The notes: generated from the sequence alone by a model not told the origin. 63,068 nt of DNA, filler included, from 16 parts of 16 records of this genome joined end to end with filler, not necessarily neighbours in it, one strand, 5' to 3'; positions 52,510 to 63,068 are shown, counted from the first letter of the whole stretch. Translations and numbers: made by a program.

Positions 52510-52534
52510 ATGTATGCTATACGAAGTTATTACG
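52510..52534. other. 454 Titanium paired-end linker remnant, opposite strand of the linker
   Basis: ATGTATGCTATACGAAGTTATTACG at a contig start; truncates frlR. Confidence 0.93.
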
Positions 52535-52981
52535 GATCCATGAACTATCAATAAACAGCGGCTCTTTATCGAGATACATCACCCGGCAGAGATGGAACAC
52601 TTCGCTGTTTCCGGGGATGTTCAGCTTTTCGCAAAACGGCGCGGCGCTGACCCGTTCCTGTTCGATCACTTTCTCTTTCGTCGCCTTGCCTTGTGAGACG
52701 CCAAAATCGGTAAAACCACTGACAGTAAGCAGGGCGTTTTCAACTTTCTGGCTTTGTACAAAGGTGCCTTTTCCCTGCCAGCGGATCAGTACGCCGTCTG
52801 CCACTAAGTCGCTGATGGCTTTGCGAATGGTAATGCGGCTGACGTTATATTGTGTACAAAGCTCGTTTTCGGTAGGGATCTGTTGCCCGGCCTGGTAAAC
52901 CCCCTGCGCGATATCATCCAGCAGTCGCTGGCGGACGGTAGCGTAGAGGAGTTGATGAGAGTAGCGGTCCGTAGCTGACAT
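52535..52981 (-). CDS. frlR: GntR/HutC-family regulator, 3' truncated
   Basis: IPTENEL...VSRITIRKAI...GKGTFV helix-turn-helix and start of the UTRA domain. Confidence 0.94.
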
Positions 52982-53080
52982 AATCGACCCTGAAATAAAG
53001 AATGAATTACTCGGATTATAGGGTCGTTTTCCGGCAAGTAACAGCACGTTGGCGTGAAGATGCTCACGCCAACGTTATAC

Positions 53081-53866
53081 CTACCAGGCACCGTGGTACT
53101 GAATGGTTTTCGCCGCGCACGCCGTTCCCTGCGCTATCGCCTGCGGTAATGTCATCCCCGCAGACCAGCCGCAAAGGAATCCGGCAATGAACGAATCTCC
53201 GGCACCCATGGTGTCGATAACCGTCACCGGTTCAGGAGCCTGACGCCAGAACTGCGCGCCATCCCAGGCAATGCTGCCGTTTTCACCCAGCGTGACAATC
53301 ACTGTTCCTGCGCCACGGGCAACAATCGCTTTCATCTTCAGACGCAGCGTTTCGTCTTCTTGCGGTGCGGAGGCAAAGGCAAAATCGAGATGCGGCACCA
53401 GTGTCTGCCAGAGCGGGCTGTCCCACTTGTCGGAGAAGTCGAAAGCGGTAAGTTTGCCCGCAGCGTGCAGCTGTGGGAATGCGTCTTCCGCATGTCCCCA
53501 GATTGCCGCGTGCACAATGTCATACTGCGCCAGCCAGGCGTAATCCTCTTCACTCAGGGCAAAGTCGGCCATCACGCCTTCGGTGTAGTCGCCAAAAACG
53601 CGATCATTGTCGTGCAGTTCCACCTGAGTTTGTGCGGTAACGCCGTGTTTCGTATGGACATGGCTGATATCGACGCCCATGCGGGCGAGATCCTGCTTCA
53701 GCTTTGTGCCGTAGTCATCGTCACCCACCCAGGTAATGCATCCCGGCTGTATGCCGTAGCGAGTGCAGTACACCGCCACATTGACCGCATTACCGCCAGA
53801 AAACGCTTTATTCAGTTGCGGGTAGATATCGACGCAGTTATCGCCGATTGTCGCCAGGGTTTTCAT
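53081..53866 (-). CDS. frlD: Fructoselysine 6-kinase (PfkB family)
   Basis: GGNAVNVA and DTMGAGDSF motifs; 261 aa. Confidence 0.97.
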
Positions 53867-54693
53867 CTCTCATCCTCCGGCAGCAGCGCGCGAAAGCGTT
53901 CCAGCGCCTGGCGGGCATAGAGTCTGGGCTCGTTCATATACATCGTCACCAGCTCCACCGTACAGTAACCCTCATAGCCCCGCTCAATAATATCGCGCAT
54001 CAGTTCCCGCAGCGGCATTTTGCCTTCTCCAGGAATGTAATGCGTGTCGCTGGCCCCGTCGCTGTCGACAATATGCAGATGACGTAATTTATCGCCCAGT
54101 TTGTCGAAATAACTCATCACCGGTTCCGCCTGGACATACGGCGCGCAAATGTCGACCATGCTGAACAGGCGCGGCGAAGGCACCAGCGCCAGCGCATGAA
54201 GCACATCATTAGCATTACACACGACGTTCGATTCATACGGCGTTAACGGTTCGAGGATTAGATCCATGCCGATGTTTTCCGCGTACTCACACAGTTCGCT
54301 TAGGTTCTCTGCCAGCCGTCCCCAGATAACATTAGGTGGCGTGAGATAGCCCGCGTGGGCCGCGGAAATCAGCGTATAACCCGCGTTCATCTCTTTTGCC
54401 ATATCCATCGCCAGCTTGATCATGTCGAGGCTTTCGCGACGCATATGTTCATCGCCCAGCATCATGTTATACGGATAGCCGTTGGTTTCTGGCGTATAGC
54501 CGATAATCGGCATCTGATACGTCTGCGCCAGCGCCTTGATTTGTTTGATGCCGCCCGCTTTTAAGTCCGGCGCGAACGCGTGCGGGCGACCGCCCCAAAT
54601 TTCGATGCCGTCGTAACCCAGCTCGCTTGCATCACGAAATGCGTGTTCAATAGGCAGCCGCTGGTGGCCGCAGGTAAACATACCTGTTTTCAT
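53863..54693 (-). CDS. frlC: Fructoselysine 3-epimerase
   Basis: ATG at 54693 after GGAG gives 276 aa; GYDGIE, LEPL and HLHIVD motifs. Confidence 0.95.
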
Positions 54694-54742
54694 CGGGTAA
54701 CTCCTTGCGTAAATCCGGCCCGTTGCCGGGCCGGGAGAGGGA

Positions 54743-54928
54743 TTAATATTCCACCAGACCACCGTAATAGCGGCGTTCATCCGGGTTGTGATCTTTGTAA
54801 ATAGACAGGTAGTAGCAGAGCCACTCCATTGGCACGAACATCAGGAACGGTGCCAGCCACGGGTGCAGCCCTTGCGAAATTTCGGCGTAATCGATGACGA
54901 TCACGTTGTCAGTACGCTGTTTAACAAA
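54743..54928 (-). CDS. frlB: Fructoselysine-6-phosphate deglycase, C-terminal fragment
   Basis: Ends ...[17 protein letters not shown] upstream of frlC. Confidence 0.9.
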
Positions 54929-55028
54929 NNNNNNNNNNNNNNNNNNNNNNNNNNNNNNNNNNNNNNNNNNNNTTAATTAATTAANNNNNNNNNNNNNNNN
55001 NNNNNNNNNNNNNNNNNNNNNNNNNNNN

Positions 55029-55258
55029 GTAATGTAAAACAGGGTCGCTAACAGGCCGATATCGCTACGGCTGAGCACGCCGTTAGCAAGGATTTCTGGT
55101 ACGGCGGCGTTAAAACTTTTCCGCGTGAAGTAAAACAGCGCGTAACCCAGCCAGATGGTCAGCAGAATATGCCGACGCCAGTAGCGATAGCGGGCATCAA
55201 TTTCATATTTATCAGTCATTAATGGCGCATCGGCAGGCGCTTTCAGAAACGGCAACAT
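55029..55258 (-). CDS. uhpC: Glucose-6-phosphate sensor UhpC (MFS), N-terminal fragment
   Basis: MLPFLKAPAD start and GYALFYFTRK motif. Confidence 0.94.
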
Positions 55259-55267
55259 CATCAAACC

Positions 55268-56770
55268 TTAGACATAGCGTTGAGGTAGAGAAACGCTGAC
55301 ACGCGTGCCGTGCAGACAGGAAATGTGTAATGTGCCACCCAGCGCCGTTACGCGCTCGCGCATTCCGGTGAGGCCAAAACCTTGTTGCCCGGAACCCGGC
55401 GGCAAACCGCTGCCATCGTCTTCAATAACCAGCATCAACCGTTCATCCTGCTGCCAGCCTTGCAGGGTGACCGCGCTGGCATCAGCATGTTTCACAATGT
55501 TGTTCAGCCCTTCCTGGCAGACACGAAACAGCGTCACGCGCTGGTTTTCGCTTAACGCTGATTCATCGATTCGCCATTCGAGATGGCTGACAATACCGCG
55601 CCCTTCCAGCTCCATTTCCCGCATCAGTGAGCGGATGGCCTGCTCCAGGGTGAGATCATCCAACTGGCGCGGACGTAACCGACCCAACAAACGGCGCACC
55701 GCGTCGTAAACGCCCAGCGATAGTTGTTCGATGAGCTGCCCGCTCTGCTTCACGCTGGCGTTATCTGCCGCCAGCCGCTGAACAATGCCCGCCTGAGTAC
55801 GAATAGCAGTGATGGTCTGACCGATATCATCATGCAGCTCACGCGCCACATCACGGCGCACGCTCTCTTCGGTTTCCAGCAACCGTTCAGCCAGATGCTG
55901 ATTGCGCGCCAGTTCCTTTTGCAGCGACTGGTTAAGTTCACGCAACCGCTGGATGCCAGCGCCAAGCAACAACCCTGTCAGACTTTGCACCAGCAGCGAG
56001 AGCAATAAATCCACCGGATGATCGCGCCAGGTTTGACTGGCGATCAGCGCGATGGCGTTCATCAACGTCGCAATCAGCGCCCCTTGCCAACCATAGTGCC
56101 AGGCCAGCGCGATAATCGGCAGCGCCAGACAGAATGGCGTAAAGCGCGACAGTTCGTCCGGCAATCCCAACTGGAGCCAGAGACTGATAACAAACAGCAG
56201 CAAGTACCAGACCAGATGTCGCCCGCGCCAGTTGATTGGCTGAGAAACCAGTGACGGACCGAGCGGCAGCCAGGTGTTATTGGCGAGATAGTGCCAGAAC
56301 ACCAGACATATCGGGGCCAGCGTCAGGCCGCCAGTTAAAGTCAGCAACAGCGCATTCCACGACTCTTTGCCGTGCCAAAGCCAGGGCAGCGACTGCAACA
56401 ACGCCGCCGCCGTTAACGCCGCCCCCTGTAACAGCAAGGTGCGCCAGTCACGCTGATGGCGATAGCGCGAGATCAGCGCTACGGGCAGTAACGTCAGTAA
56501 ACTACCGATCATCAATAACGGAAAATGGGTTAAACCGACCGCCTGCGTTAGCCAGTAAATCAGCAGCCACTCCGCGCCCAGCAATACGGGCCAGTATCCG
56601 CGCGGGCATTGCAGCATTAGCCCCAGACGCAGACCAAACGGAAATAACAGCACCGCCATATCAGGGCGCTCAACCAGATGCAGGCTGATACTCCACAGGC
56701 AAAACCATGCGGCAGAGAAGATAAAAAAGCAGGCAATAACGGTAATTAAGCGGGAGAACAACGTCTTCAT
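55268..56770 (-). CDS. uhpB: Sensor histidine kinase
   Basis: Multi-TM N-terminus; [20 protein letters not shown] and DDGSG motifs. Confidence 0.98.
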
Positions 56771-57360
56771 CACCAGCCATCAAACATGCGGCGCGCCAGC
56801 TCTACGTCGTTACTGACGCCCAGTTTTTCCATCAGATTGGCGCGATGGACGTGTACCGTTTTCGGTGACAAGCCCAGTTCGGCGGCAATCTCTTTCACCG
56901 CCATTCCTTGCGCCAGTTTTTCCGCCACCTGGCGTTCACGTTTGGTTAGCGGGTCCTGACGACCGGATGCCAGTTTAATGGCAATATCCGGCGTCAGATA
57001 ACAGCCGCCCGTGGCAACCGTATGCACCGCAGCAATGAGTTCATCCGGGCTACAGCGTTTGGAAAGAAAGCCGCGTGCCCCCGCGTTAAGCGCCTGCTCA
57101 ACCAGCGCAGGACTGTCGTGAACGGAGAGCATAATCGTCGTCATACCTTTCGGCAGCTGGCTTAGCAGCTCCAGACCGGAGATATCGGGCATGGAGATAT
57201 CGCAAATACACACCTGCACACCGCGCCCCGGCAGCCCCGCCAGCGCCTCGCGCCCCGAACCAAACTCGGCAACTACCTGCAAATCAGGTTCCAGCCCCAG
57301 CAGCTGCGCAAAGCCGGAGCGGACGATGAGGTGATCGTCTATAAGGGCAACGGTGATCAT
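56770..57360 (-). CDS. uhpA: NarL-family response regulator
   Basis: DDH receiver domain and LuxR-type HTH (LTKRE...SPKTV). Confidence 0.98.
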
Positions 57361-57485
57361 GGTCTTGTCCTGGCGGGTAAAAAAANNNNNNNNNNNNNNN
57401 NNNNNNNNNNNNNNNNNNNNNNNNNNNNNTTAATTAATTAANNNNNNNNNNNNNNNNNNNNNNNNNNNNNNNNNNNNNNNNNNNN

Positions 57486-57853
57486 AGCATTAACTCACGC
57501 CCAGGCACAGGCGGGACAAAGGCACTGGCACCGGTTGCCAGTACTAGCTTGTCGTATTGCCACTGATTATTCTGGCTTTTCACCACACGGGCTTCGGCAT
57601 CGATATCCGTCACCCAGGTTTGTGGAAACAGGTGCAGATTAAACTGCTCGGCAAATTCACCCGCCGTCTGGCGGGTAAGGTCATCGGCACGTTGCCCCTG
57701 ACTGATAACATGGCTGAGGTCAGGTTTGTTGTACTCATCCATGCTGTCGGCGGCAATCAGGGTTAATGGAATAGTGGCGTCCTGTTTGCGAATATTTTTC
57801 ACCAGTTGGCGGGCGGCGAAGCCCGAACCGATGATCACAATGCCGTTACTCAT
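57486..57853 (-). CDS. norW: NADH:flavorubredoxin reductase, N-terminal part
   Basis: [15 protein letters not shown] and YDKLVLATG motifs. Confidence 0.96.
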
Positions 57854-59289
57854 TTTGCCTCCGATGCCAGTTCTTCAAAGACGTCTTTGCCGAGGGAGCA
57901 TTCCGGGCAGAGGAAGTTATCCGGGACTTCACTCCACGGCGTTCCTGGCGCAACGTCCTGCATTGGCTCGCCTTTTGCCGGATCGTAAATCCACTGGCAG
58001 ACGCTGCACTGCATCCGTGGGCCGAGGTCAGCCGTCGTGGTGGCAGAGGTTTCTTCTTTAACTACCGTATTCACCGTGCTCTGCGGCAGCGGCGCGAGCG
58101 CCCACTGACGGGCGATTTCGCGACCGTGTTCACGGCATAACTTCAGAGCGTCCTGGTCTGGTCGCCATTTCGCTTTCAGGCTAAGCGACATTTCGAAACC
58201 CGCATCCTGCAGGCGCGTGGAAAGACGATCCACCGCACCGCCGCTCCAGCCGTGAGAGCCGAAAGCACTGGCGCGTTTGTTACGGAAGCGTAAACCAGTC
58301 ATCTCCTCCACCAGCCCGGCGATTTTCGGCATCATCACGTTATTCATCGTCGAAGTGCCGACCAGCACGCCTTTTGAGCGGAAGACATTAGTCAGGATTT
58401 CGTTTTTATCGCTTCGGGCGACGTTGAAAATTTTCACCGCCACGCGTGGGTCGGTTTCCGCAATCCCCTGGGCGATAGCGTCAGCCATCATGCGGGTGTT
58501 ATTCGACATGGTGTCGTAGAAAATGGTGATTCTGTCTTCCTGATAATCAGCCGCCCATTTCAGGTACAGCTCGACAATTTGCGTCGGGTTATCGCGCCAT
58601 ACCACGCCGTGGGAAGTGGCTATCATATCGACTGGTAAGTTAAAGCCCAGGATCTCGGTAATTTTCGGTGTTACCAGGCGGCTGAACGGCGTCAGGATAT
58701 TGGCGTAGTAACGCTGGCACTGCTCGAAAAGCTCCGTCTGATCCACTTCATCGTTGAACAGATGCTCGTCGCAGTAGTGTTGACCGAAAGCATCGTTACT
58801 GAACAGCACCGCGTCGCCTGTCAGGTAAGTCATCATGCTGTCCGGCCAGTGCAGCATTGGTGTTTCGACAAAAATGAGCTGTTTGCCGTTGCCGATATCC
58901 AGCGTGTCGCCAGTTTTCACCACATTAAAATTCCACTCCGGATGATGGTGATGACCATTTATCGAGTCGATAGCGTTGGCTGTACAGTAGATCGGCGTAT
59001 CGGGAATTTGTGCCATCAGTTCGGTCAGCGCCCCAGCGTGGTCCTCTTCTGCATGGTTAATCACGATGTAATCGATATCCGCCAGATCGATTTCATTACG
59101 CAGGTTCTGCACAAATTCGCGGCTGAATTTATGGTCGACGGTGTCGATCAGCACGTTTTTTTCTTCGCGGATGAGGTAGCTATTGTAGCTGCTGCCGCGC
59201 AGCGTTTTATATTCCGTGCCGTGAAAATCACGCACTTCCCAGTCACGTTGACCAACCCAATGAATGTTATTTTTCACCACAATAGACAT
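57850..59289 (-). CDS. norV: Flavorubredoxin (anaerobic NO reductase)
   Basis: Di-iron motifs NHAEEDH and HWPD, flavodoxin domain, rubredoxin CSVC/CPEC. Confidence 0.99.
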   Translation of the reverse strand: MSIVVKNNIHWVGQRDWEVRDFHGTEYKTLRGSSYNSYLIREEKNVLIDTVDHKFSREFVQNLRNEIDLADIDYIVINHAEEDHAGALTELMAQIPDTPIYCTANAIDSINGHHHHPEWNFNVVKTGDTLDIGNGKQLIFVETPMLHWPDSMMTYLTGDAVLFSNDAFGQHYCDEHLFNDEVDQTELFEQCQRYYANILTPFSRLVTPKITEILGFNLPVDMIATSHGVVWRDNPTQIVELYLKWAADYQEDRITIFYDTMSNNTRMMADAIAQGIAETDPRVAVKIFNVARSDKNEILTNVFRSKGVLVGTSTMNNVMMPKIAGLVEEMTGLRFRNKRASAFGSHGWSGGAVDRLSTRLQDAGFEMSLSLKAKWRPDQDALKLCREHGREIARQWALAPLPQSTVNTVVKEETSATTTADLGPRMQCSVCQWIYDPAKGEPMQDVAPGTPWSEVPDNFLCPECSLGKDVFEELASEAK

Positions 59290-59336
59290 AGCAACCTCAA
59301 TTTATTCAGCGTGTTCTAAAAAGATGTCTTGCTAAT

Positions 59337-59352
59337 TGCAGATTGCGTGCCA
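59337..59352 (-). promoter_or_regulatory. Sigma-54 -24/-12 promoter of norVW
   Basis: Minus strand TGGCACGCAATCTGCA. Confidence 0.88.
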
Positions 59353-59407
59353 GTTTTTTATCTGATTGTTTTTACTCTATAAATAAAATTATGCCCATTA
59401 ATGAGTA

Positions 59408-59463
59408 GTCAAAATGACTATCAATCAAATGGTCGATATGACAATATCTATAGTCAAATTGAC
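59408..59463. promoter_or_regulatory. Three NorR binding sites (GT-N7-AC)
   Basis: GTCAAAATGAC (59408), GTCGATATGAC (59432) and GTCAAATTGAC (59453). Confidence 0.88.
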
Positions 59464-59475
59464 AGTGAGGCAAAG

Positions 59476-59805
59476 ATGAGTTTTTCCGTTGATGTGCTGG
59501 CGAATATCGCCATCGAATTGCAGCGTGGGATTGGTCACCAGGATCGTTTTCAGCGCCTGATCACCACGCTACGTCAGGTGCTGGAGTGCGATGCGTCTGC
59601 GTTGCTACGTTACGATTCGCGGCAGTTTATTCCGCTTGCCATCGACGGTCTGGCAAAGGATGTACTCGGTAGACGCTTTGCGCTGGAAGGGCATCCACGG
59701 CTGGAAGCGATTGCCCGCGCCGGGGATGTGGTGCGCTTTCCCGCAGACAGCGAATTGCCCGATCCCTATGACGGTTTGATTCCTGGGCAGGAGAGTCTGA
59801 AGGTT
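59476..59805 (+). CDS. norR: NO-responsive sigma-54 activator, GAF-domain fragment
   Basis: MSFSVDVLA start, GHPRL and LPDPYDGL motifs; divergent from norV. Confidence 0.95.
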
Positions 59806-59948
59806 NNNNNNNNNNNNNNNNNNNNNNNNNNNNNNNNNNNNNNNNNNNNTTAATTAATTAANNNNNNNNNNNNNNNNNNNNNNNNNNNNNNNNNNNNNNN
59901 NNNNNAAAAAAACATGAAGACAAGCAAACGGCATGGATGGGTGCGTAC

Positions 59949-62900
59949 CAAATCGAAATCGATGAACGGGGACTTGAGTTTGCCAAAGCGCAAGGGGAGC
60001 ATGTTACGCAGACCCACCGCGCTGATCTCAAAGATACAGTCCTGCACACAAAGGAGTCAGACACAGACGTAAACAAAAACTAACCACGTGAAACGAGAGA
60101 GCATATTACATTACGACAGACAGAGAGAAGCTACATACAACGCACGCACACTCACTCATTCTCTGCAAACTGTGGTTCTCATGCTACCCGATAGATAGAT
60201 AGTGTGCTAAACGAAGAAACAAAAGTAGTAGACAACCAACATGTAACATGTGAGGACAAACCATAAGCAAATGTCCTCTCACACAAACAACACAACACAA
60301 CGTGTGCACACACCTTAGTTTTCGGCGCCAGTTTCGGAATAGGGACAGATTTGGCTTCTTCCAGCGGTATGAGCTGAAACGAGGCGAGAATTTTGCCGTC
60401 ACAGAGAGACTTGTCTTCCACGTAGATGTCGTACCTGCATGTTGGGGTGTGTCAAGTAAGGAAAACGATGAGCAGGAGGACAAGGGAGGCATAAGGTCGG
60501 ATCGCACTCACGAACACCCAAACAGGAATCACAACTAAATGTTATGATTGAACAATGACACAACAAAACCACACATCACATAATAGCGCACACACACACG
60601 GCGCATACAGCACACGATCGCGTACCACACAGGATCGCCCGGCCAGCGACGGGGTGCCTTGGTCGCAGGGACCTCAAAGCGGCCCAGAAAGTCATCTCCG
60701 CCCGGCTCCTTGTCATAATCGTACACCTAACTGGAGGTCAACAATATGACTGTCACAGCAACTGAGTCACACACGGATTCACGCCATCCCACTGCCATAG
60801 CATCCACGAGGGAGCGGGAGTACTATCCACACAAAATACACCACACCGCAACGCACCAGCACAGAAATGTTCTGAGCAAGCGAGAGCGGCGTCGGGAGCT
60901 CGACCTCCATCTTGACGGTTTCGAACCACTGCGGGAAGCAGGTCTGATACTTGATGGTGGTCTTGACGCGGTGGGGGCCCAGACGCACCACACAATACGG
61001 GTCCGAGGAGCCGTTGTCATCCGCGGGTGGGAGATCGTAGCCCTGCAATAAGTGTACACGCACGCATGAGAAGGGCGCCTCACAAACAACACAGACACAA
61101 CCATGGACCAGAATACCCATTCATACGCAAGAGGCAGATGACCAAATGTTGTGTGCAACGCACCTGGTAAATATGCGCACGGAGTTCGAATTTCTTCATG
61201 GTAGGCATCGAGAGCTTCTCGCGCGGTTTCATCGGGATCGAGTTGGTCGGACCGAACTCACACCTACAAACGTGTGCAAGCAAACACAGAACGAAGAGGA
61301 CGGGAGATAAGCACCTGAACAGAGAGACACAACACCCAACAAGCGCACATAGACGCACACATTCTCAGCTCTCAGGCGTACCGGAACAGCAAGAACCCGG
61401 GGATATTTTCGTCTCCGCCCACGGATGAGTCTTTGTCCTTCGTGAGGGGCACCCACTTGGCAGGATGGTCAAACCCAGCAACAAAGGGGTCGTTCGTCTG
61501 CATGATGCATGAACAGCACGTAAGAACGGATTCAACAACGACACGCAGTGCATTGTCTGTTCATTGTTACAACACCGCAGCTAATAGGGCAAGACAGCAT
61601 TCCCATACACGAGCACAGAACCACACATTCACATTCTTCCACACATAACACACCCACACACGCACACACGCAAACGCACCTTAAACCGAATGAACCCAAT
61701 CCGAGCGCGTCCCAAGGGCCCGCTGCGTGCATGGACCTCAATGATGATGTCCGGATGGCTCTGCTCGTCCAAGGGGAGCGCAATGCTCAGGTCCTCAAAT
61801 TGTGTCCACAGACGGCACGACCCGCCCTTCTGTTTGCAGGAGAGAGAACGAGTGTGAGTGTGTGTGTGTGTGTTAAGTGATGGGGTGAGCGCAAAAGGTG
61901 GTAGAAAAGACAGGAGTGGACACACACACGCACACACGCACAGCACACACATACACACACAAGCACAGGCACACACACGAACCTCAATCGAGGCGCCGCA
62001 CTTGAGCTTCTCAGCACCGACATGCACCTCCACATCCACAGCCCCCATACTGCTCACTGGGAACTCGGCACTGCGCAATAAATAAAATCAGCTACGGACC
62101 TGACACTCGGAAACATAGTTGAATACAAACTAGCAAAAGCAAAGATCAATTCAAAGCGACATCACACAAGGACCACACATACCCCGCAAGCATGTCGCAG
62201 CGAAGAGTGTAGCTCTGTGTAACGGGCAGAGGCAGCGGGTTCAAGAAGCACTTATTCAGCTGCGGAACAACAAAACACGACGGTCAATAACCCCGCGCAC
62301 TCCATATGGATGTACACTCTGCACCCCGTACAAAGACACAGCGCGCATACATAGAATGAACACAAGAACACCACCCACATCGCGCCCTTCCCTGAAAATA
62401 TGCGATACACTATTTGCACCGCGGCGCATACCCGAGCCACGGCGCCCTCGCGCACAATGTTGGCCTCGATGCCCATCAGCACACGGCCGCAGTACTCTGT
62501 CAGCTCATTCATCGCTTTGCGCCCGATCTACCACAAACAATAACTGTCAGGATACAATATAGAGTAGCACACACAGACAGCACACAGACAAACTACAAAT
62601 AGGACTCGCAAATGCGACCCAGCAACGTGCAGATAAACACAAGCGCAGCGCACCTTTGCGAACCCCTCACGCAGCGTGGCGGTCTTGGGACGGTAGAGAC
62701 ACACCCACTTGGGGCCAAACCCATGCTCGGAGAGCAATATATCGGTGAAGCGGTAAAACAGGCTGGCTATGATCTCGTTGCGGCCCACCTGCGTCCCCAT
62801 ACATAAACACACCGCAACAAGGGGAAACACAAGACACGCACTCGCACGAAAAAATTCAAACAATACAAGCAGGCAGCCTCGAAAACTAGAAGCGATCGTA

Positions 62901-63047
62901 TCACGAGTTTCGGCAATAAACAATAACGCCAATCACACCAACCACAACAGCACGGTCATAACTATCACAGACACGTACCTTGTGACGATCAACCACGTTG
63001 ACCTGAATGCGGTCGCTCATGGTGGGCGTCAGAACCGGCAGCGACAA
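59949..63047 (-). CDS. Eukaryotic spliced gene (internal fragment, 12 exons, 444 codons): ferlin-like multi-C2-domain protein
   Basis: Exons in gene order: 63047-62979, 62788-62654, 62527-62432, 62259-62183, 62070-61983, 61829-61680, 61497-61382, 61263-61164, 61042-60857, 60726-60626, 60434-60314, 60041-59949. All introns are GT..YAG, phases are consistent and there is no stop. C2/ferlin-like motifs: FELRAHIYQG.DL...D.NG.SDPY, VYDYD...DDFLG, GP.WV.LY, Y.GRVL, GLRNM. Confidence 0.85.
61850..61979. repeat. Imperfect (GT)n/(CA)n microsatellite tracts within an intron
   Basis: GAGTGTGAGTGTGTGTGTGTGTGT at about 61850-61873 and CACACACACGCACACACGCA... at about 61921-61978; similar CA tracts occur in most introns of this contig. 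Confidence 0.85.
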
Positions 63048-63068
63048 CTATACAACGCACCAAAAAAA

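Noticed and set aside
37107..52534. Three loxP half-sites as a P1 prophage, Cre-lox engineering or a new recombination system
   Set aside because: All are 25 nt, flush with contig starts, and carry the linker-specific ACGA/TACG tails; no recombinase or phage genes are present
60184..62806. Many short His/Thr-rich or Cys/Val-rich ORFs in the last contig as small proteins
   Set aside because: They are translations of CA/TG-rich introns or read-through of single exons of the spliced gene
59476..63068. Horizontal transfer between E. coli and a eukaryote
   Set aside because: The two are separated by an artificial spacer; the bacterial genes are intronless with intact bacterial promoters, and nothing links them physically

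Overview
This window is not one locus. It is an artificial concatenation of 16 contig fragments joined by 15 identical 100-nt spacers (N44-TTAATTAATTAA-N44, which puts stops in all six frames). Segments 1-15 (1-59805) are chromosomal pieces of Escherichia coli, apparently K-12-like: phoB/sbcDC, fic-ppiA-tsgA-nirB, dacA-rlpA-mrdBA, bdcAR-tabA, glmU-atp, patZ-trxC, yiaLMNO, chpSB-tamB, ygcQRSU, yraHIJK-rsmI, aidB-yjf, yghJ/sslE, frl, uhp and norVWR. Three contigs begin with remnants of the loxP-based 454 Titanium paired-end linker. Five genes (dacA, mrdB, yiaM, tamB, yraJ) carry 1-nt homopolymer frameshifts typical of pyrosequencing. Segment 16 (59906-63068) is eukaryotic. By hand I can splice 12 GT-AG exons on the minus strand into an uninterrupted 444-codon internal fragment of a ferlin-like multi-C2-domain protein, which the ORF track shows only in pieces. 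The simplest reading is a bin of unplaced contigs from a 454-era eukaryotic (probably protist) project contaminated with E. coli DNA. I found no convincing new bacterial system. The best leads are the ferlin-like gene with its unusual splice-donor signature and the poorly characterised yjfIJKLMC (PspA plus ATP-grasp) operon. Gene identities and reference comparisons come from recall, not from database searches.
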